Assembly: GCA_028534125.1 (NCBI GenBank) | Contig: CM052817.1 | Coordinates: 71,240,001-71,304,000, forward strand | Length of the DNA: 64,000 bases | Direction of reading: 5' to 3' | DNA from: Lama glama | Taxonomy: Eukaryota | Shown here: in pieces, positions 51,198 to 64,000 of the stretch | How the letters are laid out: the number at the start of each line of letters is the position of its first letter | Numbering within the stretch: the stretch's first letter is position 1 | Translations under genes and position numbers: made by a program | The notes under the pieces: generated by a model | The model's database searches: none | Told to the model about the DNA's origin: nothing | What the model saw: only the letters and a program-made list of their open reading frames with translations

Positions 51198-54100
51198 AAA
51201 AAAATTATATGTTTCAGATGTACAGCATTACAATTTGACATCTGTATACACCACGAAGTAATCACCACCACAAGTCTAGTTACTGTACATCACCATACAG
51301 GTGATCCCCTTCATCCATTTCACCAACCCCTCAACAGTTTCCTTAGCCGCTGGTAACCACTAATCAGATCTCTGTATCTATGAGTTTGTTTTTGTTTTGT
51401 TTGTTTGTTTGTTCATATTTTACTTTTTATTTATTTTTAACACCTTTATTGTGGTATGGTTCCTGTACATTAACTACACATATTTCAAGATAGCTAACAT
51501 TTCCATCACTCCCCAAGAGGTGCAAGTTTTGAATTCCCAATTTATCTCTTCCCACCTGCTTTACCTCCTGGTAACCATAAGTTTGTTCTCTATGTCTGTG
51601 AGACTCTTTCTGTTTTGTAGGTAAGTTCATTGTGTCCTTTTTTTTTTTTTTTTTTAGATTCTACATATAAGCAATATTATATGGTATTTTTCTTTCTCCT
51701 TCTGGCTTACTTCACTTAGAATAACAATCTCCAGGTCCATCCATGTTGCTGCAAATGGCATTATTTTATTCTTTTTTATGGCTGAGTAGTGTTCCATTAT
51801 ATGTATATGTATATGTGTGTATATATATGTATACACACACACACACATATATATACACACACACATATACATACACACATACATACACACACACACATAC
51901 ATATATACCGCATCTTCTTTATCCAGTCAGCTGTCAATGGACATTTGAGTTGTTTCCATGTCTTGGCTATCGTAAATAGTGCTGCTATGAACATTGGGGT
52001 GCATGTATCTTTTCAAATTATATTTTCCTCTGGATATATGCCCAGGAGTGGGATTGCTGGATCATATGATAAGTTTATTCTTAGTTTTTTAAGGAGCATC
52101 CATACTGTCCTCCATAGTGGCTGCACCAATTTACATTCCCATCAACAGTTTAGGAGGGTTCCTTTTTCTCCACACCCTCTTCATCATTTATTGTTTGTGG
52201 ACTTTTAAATGATGGCCATTCTGACTGGTGTAAGTGTTTGTTTTTTGAATTCCACATATGAGTGATATAATACAGTATTTGTTTCTGTCTGACATACTTC
52301 ACTTAGTATAATACTGTCAAGGTCCATTCACATGTTGTTGAAAATGGAAGGATTTCATTCTTTGTTATGGCTGAATAGTGTTCCATTGTATGTATATACC
52401 ATATCTTTATCCATTGTTGGACATTGGATTTTTCCCATATCTTGACTATTGTAAATAATGCTTCAGTGAACACAGGGTGTATATATCTTTTTGAATTAGC
52501 ATTTTTGTGTTCTTTGGATAAATACCCAGAAGTGGAATAGCTGGGTCATATGGCAGTTCTGTTCTTAATTTTTTGAGGAATCTCCATACTGTTTTTCATA
52601 GTGGCTACACCAATTTACAGCCCCATCAATGGTGTATGAGGGTTCCCTTTTCTCCATATCCTCTCTAACATCTGTTATTTCTTGTCTTTTCGATAATAAC
52701 CATTCTCATAGTAGTGAGATGGTATGTCATTGTGGTTTTGGTTTGCATTTCACTAATAATTAGTAATGTTGAACATTTTTCCATGTGCCTGTTAGCCATC
52801 TCTATGTCTTCTTTGGAAAAATACCTATTCAGATCCTCAGTTCATTTTGTCATCAGGTTGTTTATTTGTTTTTGTTGTTGAGTTGTATGAGTTCCTTATA
52901 TGTTTTGGATATCAATCCCTTATCAGATATATGACTTGCAAATATCTTCTCCCATTTAGTAGATTTCCTTTTTGTTCTGATGCTGATTTCTTTTGCTGTG
53001 CAGAAGCTTTGTAGTTTAGTCCCATTTGTTTATTTTTCCTTTTGTTTTCCTTGCCTTTGGAGTCAGATCCACAACAACATCACTTAGACCAATGTCAGTA
53101 AGGTCTGACCCATGTTTTCTTCTAGAAATTTTATGGTTTCAATTCTTACATTCAAGTCTTTAATCCATTTTGAGTTAATTTTTATGTATGGTGTGAGATA
53201 GTGATCTAGTTACATTCTTTTGCATGTGGCTTTTTTCCCAACACTGTTGATTGAACAGACTGCCCTTTCTCCTTTGTGTGTTCTTTACTCCTTTGTTATA
53301 AATTAATTGTCAACGTATATGTATGTTTATTTCTGGGCTCTCAGTTCTATTCCGTTGATTTGTGTGCCTGTTTTTGTGGTAGTACTATACTCTTTTGATT
53401 ACTACAGCTTTGTAGTGTAGTTTGAAATCAGGAATCATCATAAAGCTTTGTTCTTTCTCAAGATTATATTGGCTACTTGGGATCTTTTGTGGTTTCACAC
53501 AGATTTTAGAATTATTTGTTGTAGTTCTGTGAAATATGCCATTGGAATTTTGATTAGATTGCATTGAATCTGTAGATAGCTTTGCATAGTACAGACATTT
53601 TAACAATATTAATTCTTTCAATCCATGAGCACAAGGTATCTTTCCATCTGTTTGTATTGTCTTCAATTTCTTTCATCAGTGTCTTAGAGTTTTCAGTGTA
53701 TAGGTCTTTCACCTTCCTGGTTAAATTTATTTCTGGATATTTTATTCTTTTTGATGCAATTATAAATGGGATTGTTTTTTTAATTTCTCTTTCTGATAAT
53801 TTTGTTATTAGTGTGCAGGAATGCCACGGATTTCTGTATGTAGATTTAGTATCATGTGGATTTATTGAATTTATTTATTAGTTTTAACTTTTTTGATGGT
53901 TCTTTAGAGTTTTCTATATATAGTATCATGTCCCCTGCAAACAGTGACAGATTTACTTCTTCCTTTTTAGATTTTTTTCCCCCTAATTTCTGTGGCTAGG
54001 ACTTCCAATACTACGTTGAGTAAAGGTGGTGAGAGTGGGCATTCTTGTCTTGTTCCTTATCTTAGAGGATCAGCTTTTCATCCCTGAATATGATGTTAGC

Positions 54101-54383
54101 TGTGGATTTGTCATATATGGCTTTTATGATGTTGAGGTACATCCCCTCTCATTTTGTTGAGAGTTTTTATCATAAATGGATGTTGAATTTTGTCAAATGC
54201 CTTTTCTGCATCTATTGAAGTGATCATGTGACTTTTATCCTTCATTTTGTTAATGTGATATATTATATTGATTTGTGGATCTTAAACCATCCTTGCATCC
54301 CTGGAATAAATCCCACTTGATTATGGTGTATGATCCTTTTAATGTATTATTAGATTTGGTTTGCTAATATTTTGTTGAGGAAG
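51198..54383 (-). mobile_element. 5'-truncated L1 (ORF2 remnant and 3'UTR), interrupted by a younger L1
   Basis: ORF2-like translations near 53385-53666; TSD ggtt(t/c)agattctttt at 51183-51197 and 54384-54398. Confidence 0.88.
51415..52233 (-). mobile_element. Younger L1 3' fragment nested in the older L1, with an internal (CA/TA)n microsatellite (51800-51908)
   Basis: ORF2 C-terminal peptide ([37 protein letters not shown]); host L1 resumes at about 52234. Confidence 0.82.
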
Positions 54384-56544
54384 GGTTCAGATTCTTTTAA
54401 AACTAACATGCAAATATTTTCAGTATAACATTAAATTTAGAAAGTAGGATATATAATTGTGCATAAAGCATGATCATAAATATAATAATATTTTCAAAGA
54501 AAAACACTAAAAAGTTACATTTACTGGTTAACTATTCTCTGACATCTTACTGCTTTTCTATATTTTCAGAATGTTCTGCAGTGAGCATGCATTACTTTTA
54601 TAATCATGATAACAAATCACAAAAGATATTTTGAAATATGTCCAGCCATGTGTGGCAGCTGACCTTAGCAAAGCCATGACTACTATTTAACAAAGCAGGG
54701 AAAGAAGTGCTACCCTCTCAAAAGAAGACTAGTTCATGTTTATGAATCACACACAGAAAATTCAGTTTTCTCATCTGGAAAATGGAGATGACAGGACTTA
54801 CTCCATCTTGCTAATAGGAGTGCAATGAGAATGTTAAGTTATGTGATGGTTCTTTAGACTATGAGGTAGACATTGTCTGGGGCTATGATTTTAGTTCAAC
54901 AATAATCCATAGCAGCTATGACTGAGATGCAGGTGTCTTATAAAGAAAGACTTCTCTAGTTTGATTGTTTTGATATTTTAACTATATTTGAATCTTCCAA
55001 TTTCATCATTAAAATATGGTGATGAGAACTGGCTCTAGATTTGGTAGAAGTCAGTGTCTAACTGTAGCAATTATATCTTTCCTGCTGCCCTGTAGAATTT
55101 ACCTTTGTACTACAATAGTGGGACACATTTCGTTTTCATTTCATTTTTATTGCCTTATGTTTATTGTTGCTAACAGGTTCTATTTGAAATAGTAACAGTA
55201 ATAGCTAATATTGATGGGATGCTTACTCAGGGCTAAGCCTAATTCTTTTATTTTATGGATATAAGTTCTTCTAGACTCACATTAACTCTGTGGTAAGTAC
55301 CATTTAATCCCCATTTTATAGATGAAGAAGTGAGGCCCAAGCTAAAACACTTGCCCAAATTCACTTACCACACACATCGTGATGAAGCTGGGGTTTGGTT
55401 GCCTTTTGATTCTAGACCCCATGTTCTTCCCCACTCCTTCCCTACTCTAATACAAATGTAAAATTACCAGATTTATTTTCCTCATGTATGTATTATTTTA
55501 CTGATCTCTTTAAATCACATTATTTATTTAATAAAACGAATTTAGGGAGATGCTTTTCAGTTACTCCTTCTCTCTTCTGCATGAATAGAAATATCAACTT
55601 AATAAAATTGTCCTTTAATGTATCCATAAAACATAAACTAGTGTCCTGCAAGTAAACATTTAAATTACCATGAAACTACATTATTGATTTGTAATACAGG
55701 TAAGTTTCCATGGCCTCTTTCTCAAGAATAAGAAAATATTTACATAGGCAGACTCCGTTAAGGCCCAACACTGTTTATCTTGGAGGAAAAAACCTGCAGT
55801 GGGAGAGAGTATAAAATACTTTTTTGAGTGCTTTTTACTGGTACCCACATTTGTTCAATTGTAAAGGGCTCTTCTATTCAGAATGGAATTTGCCAGAAGG
55901 GCAGTGGTGGCCCTGAATATTACTGTAGAATTTTATAAAATGGCATTAATTTAGTTCGGCAAACACTCCTCAGTCCCTGTGATGTGCCCACTCTTTTCTA
56001 GACGTAGAGGAGACAAATCCACACAGTTAAGGCTTACTCCTTGCCAGCCACTCTTCTGAGGACTACCTAGCAGTATCTCAGCCTTTAGGACAAACCATGA
56101 GGTGGGTCTGTAATTGTCATCACTTTCTCTCTTTTTTTGATCTTCTTAACCCCTTTATTTACATAAATTATCAGCTTGCTATTTAGATATATCAGAACCA
56201 CTGTAAGCACATGCTTCAGGAAGAACTATATGAAGCCACTGTGCTAGATCTATAAATATGCCCAATCCAAGCATGCATTGTTTTCAGATTTCAAATTTTG
56301 TGACCATCATTTCTCTTCCCACCTTCTAACTCCCACAGATTTTGGTTGTCAGTCCCAATCCCATCATCTTTTATTGCTCTAGAACCTTTGGATCCATTTT
56401 GCCCTATGCAAGCCTCTCATAGCTTCATGTATTACTCCACTTGACACTGGTGTCATCACCTTCTTTATCCAGCTGGTAAAGAGGCAGAGTCAAGCTTCAA
56501 ATTCACAGCTCACCTCCAAAGACATCACTTTCATTTTTTAAACT

Positions 56545-57580
56545 TTTTAAAAATTTGGATATTGAGGTATGATGCAGTAGATCTTTAGTGTACAATTTGG
56601 CAAATGATGATAAACATGTACCTGCACAAAACCACACCCTCATCAAGATACGAATATTTTCTTCATGCCAGAAAGTTCCCCTGTGCCCTTTCTCAGTCCA
56701 TCTCTCCCCAGCCCAGGGAACTACTCTTTTTGCTTTTATTACCATAGGTTAAATTTCCTACCCTAGATTTTTCATGTAAATGCAATCATTTAAGAAGCAC
56801 TCTTGTGCCTGGCTTCTTTCACTCAGCTATATGTTCATCTATGTTGTTGGATGTACTGGTAGTCTCTTACTGCTGAGTCATACTCATTTGCATGAATGTA
56901 CCAATTGTTCATCTTTTCTCCTGTTGTTGGACACCTGGGCTGTTTCCAGTTTTTAGCATTATTAATTAAGCTGCTTATTAACATTCTTGTGCAAAGCTTT
57001 ATGTAGCATGTTTTCATTTCTCTTGGATGAATTCCTAGGATTGAAATTGCTAGGTCATAGGATGGCTATATTTATGTAACTTTTTAAGAAACTGCCAATT
57101 TTCCAAAGAGGTTGTACTGTTTTACACTCTTACTGGCATAATCTACCTGCTCTGTATCCTCACCAACACTTGAGGTTGTCAGTCTTTCTCACTTCAGTCA
57201 TTCTTTGTTGTGGATATGTCAAGGTGTGGTATCACATTGTTGTTTTAGTTTGAATTTCCCTGACAAGTAATGGAATTGACCATTTACATTTGCTTATTGA
57301 CCATTGGTATATTTCTTTATAATTTTTAAGGTTGTTTGATGACATCTGATTTATCTTTTTTTTTTTTTTGGTTAGTGAGTTCTGTGTCCCATCTAAGAAA
57401 TATTTGCCTACGTGCAGATCACAAAGATACTCTTTCTTTATCGTTTTAACTTTTGTATTAATTTTTAGCTTTTATGCTTATGATTATGACCCATCTTAAA
57501 ATAGTTTTCGAGTGTAATGTGAGGTAGGAATTGAGGTTTTTTCGTTCCCAAACAGATGTCCAATTGCTCTGGCACCCCCT
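56545..57580 (-). mobile_element. Old L1 (L1MB/ME-like) 3' region
   Basis: ORF 56835-57017 (NWKQPRCPTTGE) and typical 3'UTR motifs (ccagaaagttcccctgtgccc). Confidence 0.75.
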
Positions 57581-58585
57581 TGAATTGTTAAATGCAGCTG
57601 CCTCCACAGAGCTGACTGAGGCATGGTCGTTGCCTTTTAAGAGCTGAGTCTGCAGATTAGCTTTTGGACTAGAACTTATTGCTGATGTTTCATAAAGAAT
57701 AGCACGTTTAATCCAACTACTGTGATGCATGAAAAACTATCCTTTTAGAAAAGGAGCAAGGCAAAGTTCATTTGCCCCTATCCAAGAATACTTATATAAA
57801 ATAAATTAATTAATTCAAATTGCCAACTGTGGTTGATGCATTGACTTGAAGGAATGCAGTACAAGTAATAGTTTAACTTTAGAGAGTTCTTGTACCTTTG
57901 TCCCCAGAAGAAAAAACATTTGAAGGTGACCTGCTGTCAGACCAGTATTATTATTCAGGTTTTAAATGTTATACTCTTGACCTTAGATGTTTCATAGCTC
58001 AAACAAATACTTTATTTTTGAAGGATTTAAAAATATTTACTCCTGGTTTACATAATTTTTAGATATAACCAGTTAGATTAACTTTTTAAAAGAATTTTGT
58101 GTCACCATTAATACATTTTTATAACAGTTTCAAAGCATTAATGAAACTGTTGATGTTACAGCTCTTGGATGTCTCCCTATGCGGACATTTATGCTCCAAA
58201 TATCGCTGCTTTAACATTTGTTGTTTGGAGACAACAGCACTTACAGCTGCCACCCATGGCTCTAGGTGTTTTTAGGTGACAAAGAGATGGGTTCTTGTGG
58301 AAGAAGTGTGAGACCAGGAGCCTTGAACACCTGGGACTTAGTCAGGACTTTAAGCTATTTACTAACTCAAGGCAGTAATTTCTTTGTGCATTAATATCTT
58401 CTACTGTGAAATTAGAAGAATCATACTAGCTTCCTGAGGTCCATATAAGACATATAAATGGTTGTTGAGAATGGGAGCTTTAAGATCAAGATACCAAGGT
58501 TTAAATCCTAACTGTATCCGATTGTGTGACCTTGGGCAGATCCCTTAACCTCCCTGAGCATTTTCTCATTCTTAAAATAATGATT

Positions 58586-58878
58586 TGTGAGCAGAGGCAG
58601 ATACTGACTGCCTTTTGTTCTGAACTATCAAGCATGTTTGAGTAGAGAGCCACTTTGGAAGGTAGGGATATGTCTCCCTCCAGAACAAAGGATAAAAATG
58701 CTTACTACCCAGTATAATAAAAATTATGTCTCCTTCCAGAACTGCAAATCATAAACTGTTCCTCATCTTTGACTTGGAGTCTTGTGTCTTCTGCCAACAC
58801 CCATAAAACTGTGGCAAACTGGAATGAGTCTGTTACCTTAAAGCAGGGCAAAACATAGATCTTTTACAATTCTTGATG
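58586..58878 (+). mobile_element. ERV LTR remnant inserted into a MIR
   Basis: MIR core stops at about 58585 and resumes at about 58880; insert begins tgtgag and ends aaaacatagatcttttacaattcttga like an LTR terminus. Confidence 0.45.
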
Positions 58879-60395
58879 AGTGCAGTATTTGCCACATAGG
58901 AAGCCATCAGTAACTGTCAACTTGTGTTGTTACTATTTTATAAAGAAAAAATCTGGAATCCCAGAGGTCAAAGTGTTTTAAAAGTATGAAGTATCCTACA
59001 TATATTAATTATTATATGACAGAATGAATTTGATGTTTGTTGTTAGGCTGAGTAGAATTTAAATCAGTATTTAGTGATTGTAGATTCACAGGGCTAAATG
59101 TAAGAGAAGGAAGGTCAAGGTAATTTACCCATGAAAGAAAAGAAATTTCCAGTGTAGAAGATAATAAAAAACAGCAAACTTTACCAACACTGGCAGAGAA
59201 CCATGAATCAGTCACAAAGTGCTATTACAATAAAAGTAGGCATAAATAGAAATCTAGAATTTATGAATGAACAGCTAAATCTTTCACCATGGTTGGATTT
59301 TTTTTGACTTTCAGTTTTGTCTCTCTTTAAGAATCAATATATAATTCACTCCACAACCACAAATCTTTTTGAAATAAACCCTTTCCTACCTTGGACTTTA
59401 TGTAAGGCTGCTGGGACATCATCCTTAATATCCTTTGAGAGACTTTTGTCTGACTGAAGGCTCTGAAGCACCATCATTGATCCTTCTGAGCTATGAGCAC
59501 CTGACTTCACAGAACCACCTACCCTGGATTTGATTTTTGTTCTGAAGCCCTTTCTTAAATTGAGAATTTTGGAGAGGTTGGGTATAAGAAACAGTTTAAT
59601 TATAGAATCCAGCGAGTTTTAGCTCCTTTACATTTAACAGTCCTTCCTTTACCTGTTGTCTCTTCTTTACATTTTACTATGAGCAGCAAAAGGCATCAGG
59701 CAGCAGTTTCAACACTGTGCAGATATCCTTAGCTGGAACATTCATTTTGTTGAGTGCATTTTCTACTGTCTGTGTTAGCCACAGGTGACAGTTTTGCTGA
59801 ACTGTCTACCACTGTATAACAAGACTCCTCTTTCCTCTAGTTTCCTGTAACGTTTTCCCCACTTTTCTTTAAGCTTTTACTGCCAGCCTCTTTGAAGGCC
59901 ACAATACTTTGGCTGGCAGTTCTGAAAGCTGAGGCAGACCCTGAAGGCACTTGTAATTGGAGGCCGTCAGCTAGCTGTATTCCCTGCTGCTGATTCTCTC
60001 TGAAGGGGAATTTGAGCCATGCACCTCCATGGCCACCTCCTATGACATTCATGCCAAGCCATGTTCTAGCCTCTACCAGTCTTTCCAGTTTTATCTCCTG
60101 AAATTGTCTGCATCTCACTCTATCCTTTTGCAACATAGAACTTGTACTACCTCAGTATACTTTAAAATCACACAAAATCATTATATATTGCAGGCTGAGC
60201 TAGGTGCCTCTCAGTATCCTGTAATCCTTGTAATAATGTAAATGCTTTCATGATACCCTAGAAACCTCTCTATCATTGTATTTATGACATTCTAAGGTAC
60301 TTGGATTCTCAGAGTCAAATTTTGACTCTGACACTGATTAGCTACATGATCTTGGTCAGATTATTTGGTTTCTCTTGTGTCTTAGCTTCATCTTT

Positions 60396-61482
60396 TTTTT
60401 TTTTAATTGAAGTATAGTCAGTTTCAATGTGTCAATTTCTGGTGTACAGCATAATGTCCCAGTCATACATATACATACATATATTTCTTTTCATATTCCT
60501 TTTCATTAAAGGTTATTACAAGATATTATTTATTTTATTTTGGCAGGGGTGAGGGAGGTAATTAGTTTTAACTTATTTTTAGAGGAGGTACTGGGGATTG
60601 AACCCAGGACCTCCTGCATGCTAAGCATGCACTCTACCACTTGGGCTATACCCTCCCCCCCTACAAGATATTGAATAGAGTTCCCTGTGCCATACAGAAG
60701 AAATTTGTTTTTATTATTTTTATACATAGAATTTAATATTTGCAAATCTTACACTCCCAAATATATCCCTTCCCACCCCTTTTCCCCTGGTAACCATAAG
60801 ATTGTTTACTATGTCTGCGAGTCTGTTTCTGTTTTATAGGTGAGTTCATTAGTATCTTCTTTTTTCTTTTTTAAGNNNNNNNNNNNNNNNNNNNNNNNNN
60901 NNNNNNNNNNNNNNNNNNNNNNNNNNNNNNNNNNNNNNNNNNNNNNNNNNNNNNNNNNNNNNNNNNNNNNNNNNNTTTTTTTTATCTCTGTCTGGCTTAT
61001 TTCACTTAGAATGATGATCTCCAGGTCCATCCATGTTGCTATAAATGGCATTATTTTATTATTTTTTATGGCTGAATAGTATTCCATTGTATAAATATAC
61101 CACATCTTCTTTATCCAGTCATCTGTTGATGGACATTTAGTTTGTTTCCTTGTCTTGCTATTGTATATAGTGCTGCTATGAACATTGGGGTGCATATATT
61201 TTTTGGAATTAGAGTTCCCTCCAGATATATGCCCAGGAGTGGGATTGCTGGATCATATGGTAAGTCTATTTTTAGTTTTTTGAGGAATCTCCATACTGTT
61301 TTCCATAATGGCTGCACCAAACTACATTCCCACCAAAGGTAGGAGGGTTCACTTTTCTCCACATCCACTCCAGCGTTTATCGTTTGTAGACATTTTAATG
61401 ATGGCCATTCTGATTGGTGTGAGGTGATACCTCATTGTAGTTTGATTAGCATTTCTCTGATAATTAACGATATTGTTAGCTT
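60396..61482 (-). mobile_element. Young 5'-truncated L1 inserted in a MIR; contains a SINE and a 101-N gap (60876-60976)
   Basis: ORF2 tail ([33 protein letters not shown]); TSD cttcatcttt at 60386-60395 and 61483-61492; MIR halves on both sides. Confidence 0.9.
60528..60661 (-). mobile_element. tRNA-derived SINE (vic-1-like) nested in the L1 3'UTR
   Basis: Reverse complement of the 42965 element; perfect TSD tacaagatatt at 60517-60527 and 60662-60672. Confidence 0.88.
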
Positions 61483-61809
61483 CTTCATCTTTAAAATGGG
61501 GAAATAATATTCACCTCCTCATAGGATTGTTGAGATTAAATGAGGTAATACAGGTAAGTGCTTAGAACAGAGTCTAGGACAGAGTAAATTCTCATTGTTA
61601 GCTACGATCATTAATGATCTGAACTGACAGGTTACATTCATTTATGTGGCTGGAGTGCAGAGCAAAACTGACAGAGATGACTCTCTTTGATCCCTCAAAA
61701 CATTTATGTTTTTAGGGACACAGTGCAGAAATGCTATCCCACAAGGCTGTGATGTAAATGTAAGTTATCAGGAGAACCTTTATCAACCTTTTCCTCCCTT
61801 TTGGTTTAG

Positions 61810-62115
61810 GTCTGCAGGACAACCCATGGCTCTGTGACTGTCACATTTCCAAAATAATGGCATTGTCAAAAGTTGCTGACCCTGCAGTAGTACTTCTTGA
61901 TCCACTGATGATTTGCAGTGAACCCGAACGCCTCGCAGGGATTTTGTTCCAGCGGGCTGAGTTGGAGCAGTGTCTAAAGCCATCGGTGATGACCTCGGCC
62001 ACCCAGATCACATCTGCTCTGGGCAGTAATGTTCTGCTGCGGTGTGATGCCACTGGCTACCCCACCCCACAGCTCACGTGGAGCAGACCAGAAAGTTCGC
62101 CAGTTAATTATACAG
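61810..62115 (+). CDS. LRIT3: LRIT3 exon 3 (LRRCT and first half of the Ig domain)
   Basis: gtttag|, 306 nt, LQDNPWLCDC...LLRCDATGYPTPQLTW, |gtatcc. Confidence 0.96.
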
Positions 62116-62230
62116 GTATCCTCTTAATTCACGCTTTTGAAACAAGGAGTTTACAAATGACTGAACTTAATCTCAAGTTTTTGTAAGATTTGAAATTGGC
62201 TGGTTGTTTCTACTGAAATATGCTGAGAAT

Positions 62231-62385
62231 GGGATGAGGGTATAAGTCAGTGGTAGAGTACGTGCTTAGCATGAACAAGGTCATGGGTTCAATCCCCAGT
62301 ATCTCCATTTAAAAAAAATTAAAGTAAATAAATACATAAATAAACTTAACTATCTCACCCCCAAAACAAACAAAATTAATGAAAA
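62231..62385 (+). mobile_element. tRNA-derived SINE (vic-1-like), more diverged copy
   Basis: gagggtataagtcagtggtagagtacgtgcttagcatgaacaaggtcatgggttcaatccccagt; no clean TSD. Confidence 0.8.
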
Positions 62386-63697
62386 TTGAATTCCTAAGAT
62401 ATGCCAAGATTGTTGGATGAAGAAAATTTGAAAGGAACACTTTATTGGTTAATATTTTCCTCAGTTTACTTAATTACCTCCATAGATGAGTTTAGACAAT
62501 CTGATTTTTTCTTAAATGGAGAACAACATGATGCTATGGATGGATGGTTGCAGATAAGACCTTTGTCTTTATCTTTGCTCCATCATCTTGGATACTGCTC
62601 ATTTAAAAATGTATAACCATGATAATTTCTTTTAAGAGAATTTCATACAAGTTTCTTATTTTTGAATGATTATTTAAATAATAAATTACATAGAAACGTT
62701 GTTATGAGGCAAAAGTATAATTTTTAGAAATGTTGATTACCTAGACTTTTTAGATCCTACTGTGACCAAATCAGTGCTTTGGCCTTAGTTTCAACAGTGG
62801 TAGTCTGATGATTAAAGGAATATAGTTTAAAACTCTTCCAAATTAAATTTAAATTGAGGTTGAAATAATGAAATCTGATGGAGTTAAAAAAAAAAGTCAA
62901 GGCCTAATATTGTTACAAATAGATAGAGTGAATAGCCCAGTTTACGGTACTGAGTTAAATTCTGGCTACTGAGATATCGCTCGGTATGTTATTATTTTTC
63001 AGAAAGCTTCAGAAATCAAGACAGAATGGAAATATGTTCAGATTTTAGTGTTTAGGAAAGTAAAATCCCAATTTTGCAAAAACTATATTATTATACAAAT
63101 TAAAAAAACCCATGGTTTACTAGTTCATCTAAATTAAATATGCAGTGGAAAATTACTAAGAATACAAATTATGACTCCTCCATGCCAGAAAATGATCTGC
63201 TGTACTTTCTGTGTGGATAAATGGCATTTTACTACGGTGAAAAAATATTTTGAGACGTATTTAAGTAAAGTCTTGTGATAAACATCTACAGAATCACAGT
63301 GAGCTAAACTTGGAAGAGATCTCTGATCTTTGTCTTATCCTCTTATTTAAAAAATGTAGAAACAGAGGCCTAAGGACACTAATCGACTTATCTAGAATCA
63401 CATACTACTTAGTGAACGAAAGTTTACCAAGGCAGAAGTTCCTTAATTCTCAGCCTGTGTCTTTTTAAAATACCACTTCCCATATAGACTTCATGGCACC
63501 CAGCATGTCCTAGACTTTCACATAAACAATTTACAGAACCATCGCCTGCTATCAGAGACTTGCAGTGGGTCGTTTCCCTCTTGGCTTTTGTGAGAAGTAC
63601 ACATATAGAACCAAATATTGCTTCCTTTTCAGTCAGCATGTTGCTTGAGTCTTTTCTTTCTTTCTTCTCATAGAGTGTGCTTTTTTTTGTTTTCCAG

Positions 63698-64000
63698 TAA
63701 TTCAGGAATCTCCAGGGGAGGGAGTCAGATGGTCCATAATAAGCTTGACAGGCATTTCTTACATGGATGCTGGGGATTACAAATGTAAGGCCAAAAATTT
63801 GGCTGGGGTGTCAGAAGCTGTGGTTACTGTGACAGTGGTCGGTGTCGTCACAACGGCTATATCATCAGACAGTTCTGAAAGAAGAACTGAGGATCACCTG
63901 GAGCAAGAGGTCCAGCCAGGATCTAGAAGATCTACATCTCTGCCTGATTCATCATCCTCTCCCTGGCCTTACTCTTCCTCTCCTTCCTCCCCGGCTTCTT
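63698..64000 (+). CDS. LRIT3: LRIT3 exon 4, 5' part (Ig C-terminal half and Ser-rich linker); truncated by the window end
   Basis: ttccag|TA ATT CAG GAA...; DAGDYKCKAKN Ig motif; frame open to 64000. Confidence 0.95.

Noticed and set aside
51654..52208. His/Thr- and Cys/Val-rich ORFs (also 49338-49614)
   Set aside because: Translations of (CA)n/(TG)n microsatellites and L1 sequence.

Overview
Mammalian genomic DNA, probably from a camelid (alpaca/camel), judged from three tRNA-derived SINE copies resembling vic-1. The gene order matches the conserved CFI-GAR1-RRH-LRIT3 block (human 4q25). The window holds: (i) the first coding exon and proximal promoter of complement factor I (CFI) on the minus strand; (ii) GAR1 (H/ACA snoRNP subunit) on the plus strand, with a CpG-island promoter, five visible coding exons and a first coding exon most likely hidden in a 500-N gap; (iii) a complete 7-exon RRH (peropsin) gene whose exons sum to 1014 nt (337 aa), with the retinal-binding Lys284 intact; (iv) LRIT3 exons 1-3 and the start of exon 4, cut by the window end. 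The remainder is mostly transposon-derived (L1 of several ages, L2, MIR, ERVL, ERV1 LTRs, MaLR, hAT elements); family names come from recalled consensus motifs, not a database search. I found no convincing evidence of a previously undescribed biological system. The most interesting sequence-level signals are a U12 (minor spliceosome) intron in GAR1, a U12-like donor with an orphan U12 branch motif in LRIT3 intron 3, a CCAAT-repeat solo LTR between the divergent CFI and GAR1 promoters, and the lack of a canonical poly(A) signal in the RRH 3' region before an antisense ERV LTR. Almost all ORFs in the supplied track other than exon-containing ones are spurious or repeat-derived.
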